Shown one piece after another: positions 21,304 to 32,015 of a stretch of 64,000 nucleotides of DNA. Each line of letters opens with the position of its first letter. The first letter of the stretch is position 1. The notes below the pieces were generated by a model. The model saw only the letters and a list, made by a program, of their open reading frames with translations. It did not search any database and was not told the origin of the DNA. Both the position numbers and the translations under genes were made by a program. Source of the stretch: Rhynchopus sp. YZ270_cl-10. Its lineage: Eukaryota. Where the stretch lies: positions 558,001-622,000 of the forward strand of contig OZ037847.1 of the NCBI GenBank assembly GCA_964035575.1. The letters run 5' to 3'.

Positions 21304-22307
21304 GGTGAAGTGGTGTGTGGAATGCTGTGGTGGGTGTTGTTTAAAAAAAAAATACCAAAAAGAAGTCAGTTTCCAGTTCTGCAATGAAACTGTTAAACGG
21401 AAGCGCCACCTGGAACGCGGGTAATTAAAGTGTCGTGACTGCAACATGTTGCAACAATGCATGAGAGTCGAAGCACAACAGATGGGGGTTGACTTGAAAT
21501 ACTACGCTCGTGACAGTGTACCTCATGAAAGCGGATGGAATGTGATAGGATGACTCCATGTTGGGGAAGGGGGTGGTCAAGGTCTTCAAGAGAGTGGTGA
21601 AAAGGTATGAGGGGAAGAAGCATTTTTGTAGCCTGTTTTTGGCGAAATCCGTTGCAGTCAAAGTTTATTTTTTTGAAAAGAGAAGTTGAAAGTGCAAACG
21701 CCTCAGAAAAAAAGTAAACCAGCACGTAAAGAGTAGAGCAGAAGAAGGCATTCAACCCACAGCTATGAGGGTGCGAGGTGGGCCGTGGGCAAAAAAAAAA
21801 ACTCAATCCACATACAAGAGCAACACTGTGCGGTCAATTTGTATCTCAGAGCCTTTACTGCCAACACGACACTAAGTAGGTTATGAACAGCCTATCCACA
21901 CGGAATGCAGACACTAAAAAAGAGAGAATTTGTTTTTTGTTAAGATGTCTGCACATTGCACTGCAGTGCAGACATCTCGAAACAACAATGGAAGTCAAGA
22001 AGGAGCAAGCAATAAAACAAAAAATCAGGGCGGTTGGTACGATCCTGAGCCTTCTCACAAGCCCCCCTATGTGTGCACCCTGAGCTGACACACAAAAATA
22101 AAAATAAAAATAAGAGCACACAACGTAGTTAACGCAGTACTCGAGAGTAGCTTCCTTTGGAGGTTCGCGCTCAGCCCCTTTAAGGCGGAGGACATTCTGG
22201 ACAAAAAAAAAACTACAAAAAAAACAAAAAAAAAAAAAAAACGTTTTGTGGGTTGTATTAGTGTAGCCACCTCGAGGGTGCACTCCACTATTTTCTTTTT
22301 CTTTTCT

Positions 22308-23492
22308 CTACATAGTGTAGATACCGGTTCCGTGGGCGGGGATTTCTGCGGTGAAGTTGCCGGTGAAGGAACCGAGGTCAGACCTGGCCCACAGGTCGCG
22401 GATTTTGTGGGTACCGATGACGGGGATCTTGGAGAAGTCGAGGGTGACGTTGAGGGAAGCGGCGGTAGGGTTGTAGAGCGCGAAGGCGTGGCCTGTGTTG
22501 ATGGTTCTGACCCAGGTCTCTCCACCGTTGGCGGCGACGTTAATGCGGATACCCTGGATTCCGAGCACATCCTGGTTCACTGCGATGACCTCCTCATGAA
22601 GCAGAATTGCCTTCTCGGACGCAGTCATGTTGCGCAGATCGTTGCCCATCACCAACGGTGCAGCGAAGATCGACCAGAGCGCCATCTGGGTGCGTGCCTC
22701 GTCGTCAGTGATGCATCCGTTTCCAATCAGAAGCATGTCAGGGTCGTTCCAGTGTCCCCTTGCTGCGACCTCCGCAAGGACCTCAGAGTATTCACCCCAG
22801 TGCGCAATGATGCTGGAGAGGGAGCTCCAGCTGCACTGAATGTCAGCCCAGTTGCGCCAGAGGTTGCAGCGGGAGGCGATCATCTTGGCGTAGGGCTTGG
22901 CGCTCTCGTTGGACCCGAGGTATGCCGGCCAGGAGCAGGAGTAGATAATGTCACGTCCAGTTGCGACCAAGGCGTCACCCATGGCGGGGTAGCCTGCAGG
23001 GTAGTAGGATGCATCACCACAGCCGTCGACCTTCATGTAGTCCACACCCCATGCGGCGAAGGTGTCTGCGTCCACCTGCTCGTTGTTGGCAGACGCAGGG
23101 TATCCTGCACAGGTGTGCGGGCTCTCTGCAGTGTACAGCGCGAACTTCACGGAACGATCATGCATGTAGTCCCCCAACGCCTTCATACCACTCGGAAAGC
23201 GCTGCGGGTCAGGAATAAGCTTGCCCCCCTCATCACGAGCCGGGCTCTTCTGCTGCCAGCAGTCGTCAATGTGGATGCCGTTGTACCCTGCCTTCAAAAA
23301 CCCGCCTGCCACCAAGGCATCCGTCTGCGCCTTGTACAGCGCCTCGTTGATGCAAGCGTCAGGGTGTGTCGCGCAGTCTGTCTGGCAACGGAACATCTCC
23401 CAGCTCATCCACCCCATAGGCGGGGTGGGGGACAGCGGGCCTCCTGCAGAGGCCATTGCTGCTGCAGAGAGAAGGGCGAGGGAGGTCTTCAT
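22308..23492 (-). CDS. NAGA: GH27 alpha-N-acetylgalactosaminidase, copy 2 (394 aa)
   Basis: Protein identical to copy 1; only a few synonymous differences. Confidence 0.9.
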   Translation of the reverse strand: MKTSLALLSAAAMASAGGPLSPTPPMGWMSWEMFRCQTDCATHPDACINEALYKAQTDALVAGGFLKAGYNGIHIDDCWQQKSPARDEGGKLIPDPQRFPSGMKALGDYMHDRSVKFALYTAESPHTCAGYPASANNEQVDADTFAAWGVDYMKVDGCGDASYYPAGYPAMGDALVATGRDIIYSCSWPAYLGSNESAKPYAKMIASRCNLWRNWADIQCSWSSLSSIIAHWGEYSEVLAEVAARGHWNDPDMLLIGNGCITDDEARTQMALWSIFAAPLVMGNDLRNMTASEKAILLHEEVIAVNQDVLGIQGIRINVAANGGETWVRTINTGHAFALYNPTAASLNVTLDFSKIPVIGTHKIRDLWARSDLGSFTGNFTAEIPAHGTGIYTM

Positions 23493-24440
23493 CGTGAAGT
23501 GGTGTGTGGAATGCTGTGGTGGGTGTTGTTTTTCAAAAAAAAACCAAAAAGAAGTCAGTTCTCAGTGGGGAAAGGTATGAGGGGAAGAGCCTGTTTTTTT
23601 GGCGAAATCAGTTGCAGTCGAAGTTTATTTATTTTGAAATGTACAAAAAAGAAAAGAGAAGTTGAAAGTGCAAACGCCTCAGAAAAAAAAGTAAACTAGC
23701 ACGTAAAGAGTAGAGCAGAAGAAGGCATTCAACCCACAGCTATGAGGGTGCGAGGTGGGCCGTGGGAGATACTGACACCTCCGAAAGGGGGAAGGGAGGG
23801 AGGAGGGACGACCGCAGTGGACACTCACTCAACCCAAAAGAAAAGTGCAAAACACCCTCAACTGAACACCGGAAGAGACGTGGCCACAGCTTCCCCAGAG
23901 GTTATTGAATACCAGGAGACATTTTTAAAAACACTTCAAAAAAAAATAAAAACATTCCGCACACAAGAGCAACACTAACACACACAAAAAAAAAAAAAAG
24001 AAAGGTTTAGAAGACGAACCTAAGCCTCTCGAGCTTAGTCACCAAAAGTTTGCAAAGATGAACCTACACCTTACTTCTGCGCTTTGGCACCTTGCATAAA
24101 ACATCGCGCAGTCTTCGCTACGCCAATAGAAAGACAAAAAGACTCGTCGATTCTGTACTCAAACGTCAAAAAAGAGGATTTTTTTTAGGAAAGCTTTACA
24201 AAAGAATATGATTTTTCACGCCACATGGATTAGACATCGAGAAGATACCATGATAACGCATGAGATGCGGACCCCCCCCATCACCACAAAGAACACCTGT
24301 AAGATGGCCTCTCTTACACCCCTCCTCAAAGACAAAGGTTGTCACGAACCGAAGCCTCTCACCTTAATGGAAAATAGTATTTCAACGTATGCATTCAAAT
24401 TGATAGCATAGGAGGGATCAACAATGTTCCCATCTTGGAT

Positions 24441-24601
24441 GGAAAATAGAAACTTAACACTCACCACACGAGAAAAAAAAAACCCTATGGGAGAGGTTGT
24501 GGTTAAAACGCACCTCGACCTGTTTGGTGAGGCGTGGCTCTGCGGCGCGGTTCGTCCGCAGAACCGCAAAGTATGTTCAAAATGCTTTGTTTCTATTTTC
24601 C
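24441..24601. mobile_element. 161-bp MITE-like element (family G), copy 2
   Basis: Perfect 13-bp terminal inverted repeat GGAAAATAGAAAC / GTTTCTATTTTCC; second copy at 19716-19866; no clear TSD. Confidence 0.7.
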
Positions 24602-25657
24602 TCCTTCAGGTGACAATTTTTTTTTTTTTTGATGCTGCAAACACCACCGTGAATGGTGCAGAGGCAGTTGAGTCGAAGCTGTGGAGAGACCACTTCATTG
24701 GTACACATAAATGGTGTGATTTTTCTTTAAAAAAAAGGTGTAAAAAAGGTCCTTCTAAGGAAAACCACCTACCCCTGTATAGGTCACACCAATAAACCTA
24801 AGATAACAAAGATTATTTCATATACCGTGATTTGAAAAAATATGGACCAGAAAAATTGGTCCATACAAATCCCAAAAGGTCCATATTTTTTTTCCAATGC
24901 CGACAAATATACTCCTTTTATTTTGGAACAACATTAAAGAACACAGGATGAGGGTCATGTCAACAGAAAGGACGGAAGTGAATGAGCGAAAATATTTCGC
25001 ATGCACACAGTAACCGTTCAAAAAATAAGAAATGAGAAAGAAAAAAAAATGGTGAGAGATAGAGAAACAGCTGCGATACCCGATGTTGTTTCATTTATTG
25101 CAAACACCAAAAAAAGAAGAAAAATTATAAGATGAATCTAAGCCTCTCATGCTTTGGTCATCATCTTATGAAGAGAAAGGATGAAGGATGAAAGTGGGGG
25201 GGGGGGGGGGGGGGGGGAAATATCTGTGCGAAAATGGCCCTGGTTCGCTAGAGTGGTTTCATACTTTCGCATCTTTTCTCATTTTGTCCTATTTTTATTT
25301 TGTTTCGTGTTGACAAAAAAAAAGAAACATTAGAATATGTGGTGCTACACAGTTTCCAGTGTTTCCTTCCCAGTTCGCAGTGTCAGAGATGTTGACCAAA
25401 AAAGGAATAAAAAGGGGGGTGGTTTACAGGAGGGTGTGTGTGTGTGTGTGGGGGGATTATTTTGGATCGTTCATGCGTGTTGTTTGATTACTCTTTTGAA
25501 ACCCCTAAAAAAAAAAAAAAGCTTTGCTGGATTCGTGTGTTCTCTAGCAGGAGGGAAACGTTACCACAATAATATACAAAATTATTTGGAGTGCAAACAC
25601 ACGGTGGAAAAAATGTCAAGTTGATTTTGAAAAACTCAAAAAAAAAAAGGTGAATTT

Positions 25658-26476
25658 TCAGAATTTGGACCCATAACCGATTTCTGCCCCTCCGGTCAGC
25701 ATGTGGTCGACGCCTGTTGTGAAGGTGAGGTCGCTTGCGATGCAGAGACAGAGACGCCCGCTTTCTTCTATCGTGCCTTTTCTGCCGAGCACTTGCACCA
25801 GGTCGCCTTCGCGCACCACCTTTTCTGGGTCCGTTTCCTGTGCACTAAGCTCCTTCCAGAGGGGGGTCCAGATGTTACCTGGGGAGACAATGTTCACACG
25901 CACTTTGTTCGCCGCTTCATCAATCGCGAGCGCCTTAGAGAATGAGGTAATCGCGCCCTTCGATGCCGCATAGGTGCAGGCACCTACCTGACCAAACGCC
26001 CCAACCAGCGACGACATGTTGATGATATTACCGTGCGTCTTCCTGAGGTACGGCAACGCAACTTTCGAGGCAACGAAAACAGAGAAGAAGTTTAGATGCA
26101 TGAGGGAGGTTGCGTCTTGGAGCGAGAAGGAGTCGATCTTTGTGTGTGGGGGGTGTGCTCCGGCGTTGTTGATGAGACAGTCGAGCTGGCCGAAGTGGCG
26201 AACTGTATCGTGCACAAGACGTTCCACCGCAGCGCTGTCCGAGATGTCTGTATAAAAGAACTTCGCCGGAGAAGGTCTCTTCGTCGTCAAAGATGTAAGC
26301 TCCGCCTCCAGCCTCTCTCCATCCCCACGCTGGTTCGAACAAAACGCTACATTCGCCCCCGCCTCAAGAAACACACGAACACACCCTTCCCCAATCCCCC
26401 GTGTGCCGCCAGTCACCAACACCGTCTTTCCTTCATATCTCCCACTCAATCCGGTACAGTTCTTAACAAACGGCAT
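25658..26476 (-). CDS. HSD17B14: Short-chain dehydrogenase, HSD17B14 / L-fucose dehydrogenase-like (272 aa)
   Basis: TGGTRGIG, NNAGAHPP, YAASK catalytic motif, plus HSD17B14-like SPGNIWTPLW and C-terminal TGGAEIGYG. Confidence 0.88.
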   Translation of the reverse strand: MPFVKNCTGLSGRYEGKTVLVTGGTRGIGEGCVRVFLEAGANVAFCSNQRGDGERLEAELTSLTTKRPSPAKFFYTDISDSAAVERLVHDTVRHFGQLDCLINNAGAHPPHTKIDSFSLQDATSLMHLNFFSVFVASKVALPYLRKTHGNIINMSSLVGAFGQVGACTYAASKGAITSFSKALAIDEAANKVRVNIVSPGNIWTPLWKELSAQETDPEKVVREGDLVQVLGRKGTIEESGRLCLCIASDLTFTTGVDHMLTGGAEIGYGSKF

Positions 26477-26619
26477 TGTGTGTGTGGCGGGAACAAAAGG
26501 CTCCTATATGGAAAAGGTGACGGTAATATGATTGCAAACCGATGATTACGGCAAAGAATATTGGAGAGGCTGAAAGCGTGATAAGGGAATATCTTCCAAG
26601 AGAAGCGAGAGAGCTTAAT

Positions 26620-27482
26620 CAGGGTCCTAGGTATAGTATACGGAAAATGTGTAACACATTTTCCGTTAAATCCGGTTTTTTTTTTTTTTGGGGGGGGATT
26701 TCTTTTTTTTTGGGGGGTAGTACCCAGGTGCCCCCCAAAAAATAATCCCAGAAACCGTGGGTCCCTCCTACACTCACTCACAACAGAATTTTTTGCTACC
26801 CAAAAAAATCTCAATTTCCCATACAAAAATGCTCGCATTCAGAAGGAAAAGGAAGCATGCATCATGGCGAAAGAAAAAAAGTAGCGTACCGTGCGCCTGC
26901 GGCGCAAGCTTGCAACAACCCTTGCCATGACATAGTTTGGCTGTAAAAAAAGTGCAATTTTAAGCGTATTTTTTGGAAATGTTGCGTACTGTGGCTTCGC
27001 CAGAAACTTTCGTTTTAGCAAAATACGTAAGTAAAATTTACGGAAACTGATGAGAATTACTAGCGACCGTGCCATTTTATGTCAACATTTTTATAAATGT
27101 TGCGTACCGTGGCTTCGCCAGGAACTTGGGCGAACCTGTATAGGCCCCCTGCTCCTGAACAAAGAATACAAAGTGTATCTTTGTGTCGCTTTTCTAGTCG
27201 ACTGTCACAGATCATCATCATAGGGGTGAGGTTCGGGTGCACGATTCTTTCGTGCCACACATTCTTGGATGATCACCCCTAGGAGATTGTCCGGCAGTTC
27301 GTTGAGAATCGGGTTATCCCTCTCCATTATGCGAAGGATGTCCTCGACTTGACATTACGTATGGGTAGCATCAATTTTTTGGGGCTGTTGTGGGGTAGGA
27401 ATTTTCCGCGCGCAGCGCGGAAATTTTTTTTCAAAACACATTTTCCGTTTCCCTTTTTTTTTTTTTTGGACCTAGAACCCTG
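26620..27482. mobile_element. Non-autonomous hAT-type element (863 bp), about 140 bp upstream of the SDR start
   Basis: TIR CAGGGTCCTAGGT / ACCTAGAACCCTG (12/13); flanking direct repeat GCTTAAT (7 bp); internal 26840-27000 is homologous, inverted, to 57470-57625. Confidence 0.8.
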
Positions 27483-28446
27483 GCTTAATGCCTCCCACAA
27501 AAGTGTCTGATTTTATTTTGCAGATGCAATGCATTGCAGATACGACTTTTGCAGCATTCTCTCCTTTTATGAACAACAGCGAATCCATAGTTCAGGGATG
27601 AAATGTGTGCCGCTCTCCATGGATTTCATGGTCAATGTAGAGGGGAAATGGTTCGAGATGGAGGGGGAGGAACGGACTATTTTTGTTGACTTTTTGGGAA
27701 AGGTTGCCCTTTGGAAGAACAGAGATAACCGGTCTTTGCTACGGGCATACATTGTTTTCCACAAAAGAGTGGTTTGGACACTAACACGAATAGTATTTCA
27801 CAAAAAACAACTGGAAGAAATATGCCTTATTGTGCACACATCTAAAAGGGGGTTAATCAGTAGGGGGAAATAGTAGGATCGGTAAAGTTGTTACGTTGAT
27901 TGCATAATCCTCCTGTTTGAGGGATCATTTTGCTACCTAGGTAATACTATTTCTCCTTTAAAGCAAGCTTTGCGATAAAAAAATAAGGGGGGAAACTTGA
28001 ACGAAATATGTGATATTATTTTGGAAAGTGCTCTGTTAACGCAACACAGGGCATAGTGCGCGCGAGTGTATCGTATTTTGCTTTGTCGACTCAGAGAACC
28101 CAACAGAGCATATATCACTATCATATCGTTAACAAAAGAACAAACAGCCCAGGCAAGGGAGGTTTGAGTAGAAATGAAACAAAATAAAAAAGAGGGGGCG
28201 GTGTGCAAACGCACCATAAAACAGAAATTGGAAGATGAAATGTGGTTGAATACGTGATTTAAAATAGCGTGTAAACTCCACCTTGAGACACGCCCTGTAG
28301 CAGATGGCTATACCGGATCTATAAAAAAAGTTGAACCGAAAAAAGTTTGGGACTTCTTCAGGTCCAACATTTTTATAGATACGGGGTTTTTATAGACCAC
28401 GCTAGGAGAGCGTTTCTGAGGCAACAGTCACAGCCGTTTCTTCGTA

Positions 28447-29805
28447 TTATTGCTGAAACCTGTAGAAGGCAGACTCGTGAGGGCGGAGGGTGGTCTTCAC
28501 ACTGCCCGTCTCCTGTGTGACCTCCCCTGTCCAGATGTTCTTCACTGCATGTGGACCAGACGTCGTCGGCCCCCCAACCTCTGCAAAGGTGGTTTCAATC
28601 GTCGCATTTACTTCACCCATGTTGATCACAGCAAATGCCGTCTCCGTCACAGAGTTGTTTGCAAGCTTCGAAACCCAAGTCGTCACACACGAGTCCCCGA
28701 CCCACGGCGTGTAGAACGAGCAAGACCCAGTTGTGGCCCCGTGGCAGGTGCAGTTCCCTTCGTACTTCAGAAGTGCGCTCTCACCTTTGCCGTGGAACGC
28801 AAGTGCATCAGAGTTTGTCATGTACGAAAGTGTTGTGTTGTCTGACGGCACCTTCCCTGCCTCCATAAGGGGCGACCGTGTGATCATCCACACAGTGGCA
28901 ATGCTCTGTCCACGGTCTGCGGTCTCCTGGTCCTGGGTCCAGAACTTCTCTTCAAGGGGAATCATATCAAGGTCAGGGTACGTGTTCTTGTACCCGTTCA
29001 GATGTGCCGCACTGAAGTTGCCCATGATGAAGAGCCCCTGCTGCACACCTCCCCAACCATTCCACCCACCATGGAAGTCTGTCGTCACACGGTACATCGA
29101 ACACATCTGGTTGTCGGCAGCCCACTTGCCGTCATCTGGGTGGTTCTGTCCTCCAGGAGAGTAAGAGAGCACGATGTCTCTGTCCACGTTCTTCACAGCG
29201 CCGGAGAACAGTTCCATCTCCCCATAGTAGCAACCGCCACTGGAGCACATCATGCAGTCGCACTTGATGAAGTCGATGTTGTAGCTGGCAAGCATGTCGA
29301 TCCTTGACTGATAGTACGCACGTGCACCAGGGTGGCTTGCGTTGATGCCGAGGTACATATGACCAAAGTGGCAGGACCCGTTTGCAGCACCGCCAGTGCT
29401 GTTCTGATCAATCAGCTGGTCAAGGGTGTAGTTGGTTCCCTTCACAAAGGGTTTGCTTGCAGCAACTGTGTCCAGCACACCTCTGATTTCGTAGAGGCCA
29501 AGCTTCATGCCGATTGCGTGCATGTCTTCTGCAAGCTTCGTCATGTTCGAGAAACGTGCAGGGTCTGCAATCGGGATGCCGTTGTCGCCGTACACAGCCC
29601 ATCCAGAGTCAAGCGTGAGTGTGTCGTACCCGGAGTCACCGTACTGTGCTTTGAGCTCCTTTGCAAGCTGCAGCACTGTTGTTTGGTTCTGATATTGTGT
29701 GTGTTCAGAGTCGAATGTGTTGTACCCCCTGGGTGGGGTGTCTGGGAACACCATTCGCGCCGACACCAGGAGTGGCACGGCCAGGACGGAAAGTGCTCTC
29801 AACAT
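28447..29805 (-). CDS. GH27 glycosidase (beta-L-arabinopyranosidase/alpha-galactosidase-like, Abp/APSE-type), copy A, 452 aa
   Basis: Signal peptide; TPPRGYNTFD, LDSGW, DPARF, GARAYY..IDFIKCDC (nucleophile), RVTTDF (acid/base), YPDLDMIP; C-terminal beta domain (NIWTG..LRPHES). Confidence 0.85.
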   Translation of the reverse strand: MLRALSVLAVPLLVSARMVFPDTPPRGYNTFDSEHTQYQNQTTVLQLAKELKAQYGDSGYDTLTLDSGWAVYGDNGIPIADPARFSNMTKLAEDMHAIGMKLGLYEIRGVLDTVAASKPFVKGTNYTLDQLIDQNSTGGAANGSCHFGHMYLGINASHPGARAYYQSRIDMLASYNIDFIKCDCMMCSSGGCYYGEMELFSGAVKNVDRDIVLSYSPGGQNHPDDGKWAADNQMCSMYRVTTDFHGGWNGWGGVQQGLFIMGNFSAAHLNGYKNTYPDLDMIPLEEKFWTQDQETADRGQSIATVWMITRSPLMEAGKVPSDNTTLSYMTNSDALAFHGKGESALLKYEGNCTCHGATTGSCSFYTPWVGDSCVTTWVSKLANNSVTETAFAVINMGEVNATIETTFAEVGGPTTSGPHAVKNIWTGEVTQETGSVKTTLRPHESAFYRFQQ

Positions 29806-30659
29806 TTTTGCGAACTGTGTTTTTCTGAAGGTGCTTTTTAACTATGTCTGGGAACACATGACAGATGTCACAGCGGCCTAAGCACCACTGCACATTACAC
29901 AACATGAGTCAGTAGGAAATCACCACACCATGTGTCGGCTTGCTCGTGTACACATGCCAGGAGGCGTCTGACAAAGCAGAAATACATGATTGAAGAGACC
30001 AACCCTTCATACAGGCAAAGCCATGCTGACACATCGTGCTGGGCTGGAATCGTATAGGCACCATAGTGGTTTGGTACACAACATCGTCGCAAGGTGACAA
30101 GAGCAGAAGGTACAGGTCTAAACAGGGGCGTTGGGGGGTGTCGGACAAGAGCCCCTTTCTTTTTATAAGCACATATCATAGAGAAAGAAACAAAACAAGA
30201 GACACATGATTGTGTTTTTTGAACCCAAAGAAGGGTAAATGGAACACATATGGTGTTTTTGGAACCCAAACAGGGAGAACAAAATATCACAGGCGGAACA
30301 CGAATTGGCAATCCACAGAAAACAAAACGGGGATGGGAGTGTTTATCGTTGCAACACAACAGTATACGATCACAGAACGCTGTCGGTGACAAACAGTTCT
30401 AGATCGTTGGGTTGAGAAAGATAAAGGAGTCAGGCCTTCACACAACCAAAAGCCGGGCAACTTTGTACATTAACAAAGTGCAACACATCTGCATGCTATG
30501 CTGCCCCAAAGCACCACCAACGTGGTTATTGGAAAAAAGCTTGTCACAAAAATGACCTCAATAATTGCCCATGAAGTCCCAACAATGGCTATATATTGTA
30601 TAGACCACGAAGGAGAACATTTCAAGGCTCTTTATTGAATGTGCACCTGGCACATATAA

Positions 30660-32015
30660 TCACTGAAACCTGTAGAAGGCAGACTCGTGAGGGCGGAGGG
30701 TGGTCTTCACACTGCCCGTCTCCTGTGTGACCTCCCCTGTCCAGATGTTCTTCACTGCATGTGGACCAGACGTCGTCGGCCCCCCAACCTCTGCAAAGGT
30801 GGTTTCAATCGTCGCATTCACTTCACCCATGTTGATCACCGCAAATGCCGTCTCCGTCACAGAGTTGTTTGCAAGCTTCGAAACCCAAGTCGTCACACAC
30901 GAGTCCCCGACCCACGGCGTGTAGAACGAGCAAGACCCAGTTGTGGCACCATGGCAGGTGCAGTTTCCTTCGTACTTCAGAAGTGCGCTTTCACCTTTGC
31001 CGTGGAACGCAAGTGCATCAGAGTTTGTCATGTACGAAAGCGTTGTGTTGTCTGACGGCACCTTCCCTGCCTCCATAAGGGGCGACCGTGTGATCATCCA
31101 CACAGTGGCAATGCTCTGTCCACGGTCTGCGGTCTCCTGGTCCTGGGTCCAGAACTTCTCTTCAAGGGGAATCATATCAAGGTCAGGGTACGTGTTCTTG
31201 TACCCGTTCAGATGTGCCGCACTGAAGTTGCCCATGATGAAGATGCTCTGCTGCATGCCTCCCCAGCCACCCCACCCACCATGGAAGTCTGTCGTCACAC
31301 GGTACATCGAACACATCTGGTTATCGGCAGCCCACTTGCCGTCATCTGGGTGGTTCTGTCCTCCAGGAGAGTAAGAGAGCACGATGTCTCTGTCCACGTT
31401 CTTCACAGCGCCGGAGAACAGTTCCATCTCACCATAGTAGCAGCCGCCACTGGAGCACATCATGCAGTCACACTTGATGAAGTCGATGTTGTAGCTGGCA
31501 AGCATGTCGATCCTTGACTGATAGTACGCACGTGCACCAGGGTGGCTTGCGTTGATGCCAAGAAACGTCTGTGCCCAGTGGCAAGACCCGTTTGCAGCAC
31601 CGCCAGTGCTGTTCTGATCAATCAGCTGGTCAAGGGTGTAGTTGGTTCCCTTCACAAAGGGTTTGCTTGCAGCAACTGTGTCCAGCACACCTCTGATTTC
31701 GTAGAGGCCAAGCTTCATGCCGATTGCGTGCATGTCTTCTGCAAGCTTCGTCATGTTCGAGAAACGTGCAGGGTCTGCAATCGGGATGCCGTTGTCGCCG
31801 TACACAGCCCATCCAGAGTCAAGCGTGAGTGTGTCGTACCCGGAGTCACCGTACTGCGCTTTGAGGTCCTTCGCAAGCTGCAGCACTGTTGTTTGGTTCA
31901 GAACGTGCGTTCTGCCAGAGTCGAATGAGTTGTACCCCCTGGGTGGGGTGTCTGGGAACACCATTCGCGCCGACACCAGGAGTGGCACGGCCAGGACGGA
32001 AAGTGCTCTCAACAT
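30660..32015 (-). CDS. GH27 glycosidase, copy B, 451 aa
   Basis: Paralogue of 28447-29805 at a 2210-bp offset; ATG at 32015; internal amino-acid differences fall in three short patches. Confidence 0.85.
   Translation of the reverse strand: MLRALSVLAVPLLVSARMVFPDTPPRGYNSFDSGRTHVLNQTTVLQLAKDLKAQYGDSGYDTLTLDSGWAVYGDNGIPIADPARFSNMTKLAEDMHAIGMKLGLYEIRGVLDTVAASKPFVKGTNYTLDQLIDQNSTGGAANGSCHWAQTFLGINASHPGARAYYQSRIDMLASYNIDFIKCDCMMCSSGGCYYGEMELFSGAVKNVDRDIVLSYSPGGQNHPDDGKWAADNQMCSMYRVTTDFHGGWGGWGGMQQSIFIMGNFSAAHLNGYKNTYPDLDMIPLEEKFWTQDQETADRGQSIATVWMITRSPLMEAGKVPSDNTTLSYMTNSDALAFHGKGESALLKYEGNCTCHGATTGSCSFYTPWVGDSCVTTWVSKLANNSVTETAFAVINMGEVNATIETTFAEVGGPTTSGPHAVKNIWTGEVTQETGSVKTTLRPHESAFYRFQ

Larger units (their letters stand above)
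19456..23766. repeat. Tandem segmental duplication of the NAGA unit (~19456-21789 and ~21850-23766)
   Basis: Near-identical CDS plus shared 3' flank (agcctttactgccaacacgacactaag...) and 5' flank (...gcgaggtgggccgtggg), with copy-specific indels. Confidence 0.9.

Noticed and set aside
20089..23699. Long plus-strand ORFs (432 and 483 aa), and similar ones opposite the thyroglobulin and WD40 genes
   Set aside because: Antisense shadows of GC-rich CDSs with no recognisable motifs.
25196..25217. Poly-G run and other G-rich tracts as G-quadruplex signals
   Set aside because: Homopolymer tracts of all four bases are pervasive in this intergenic DNA; nothing specific.
27040..27075. CTGATGA hammerhead-core-like words (also ~704, ~32487 and minus ~60463)
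   Set aside because: No stem II followed by GAAA and no closing stems.
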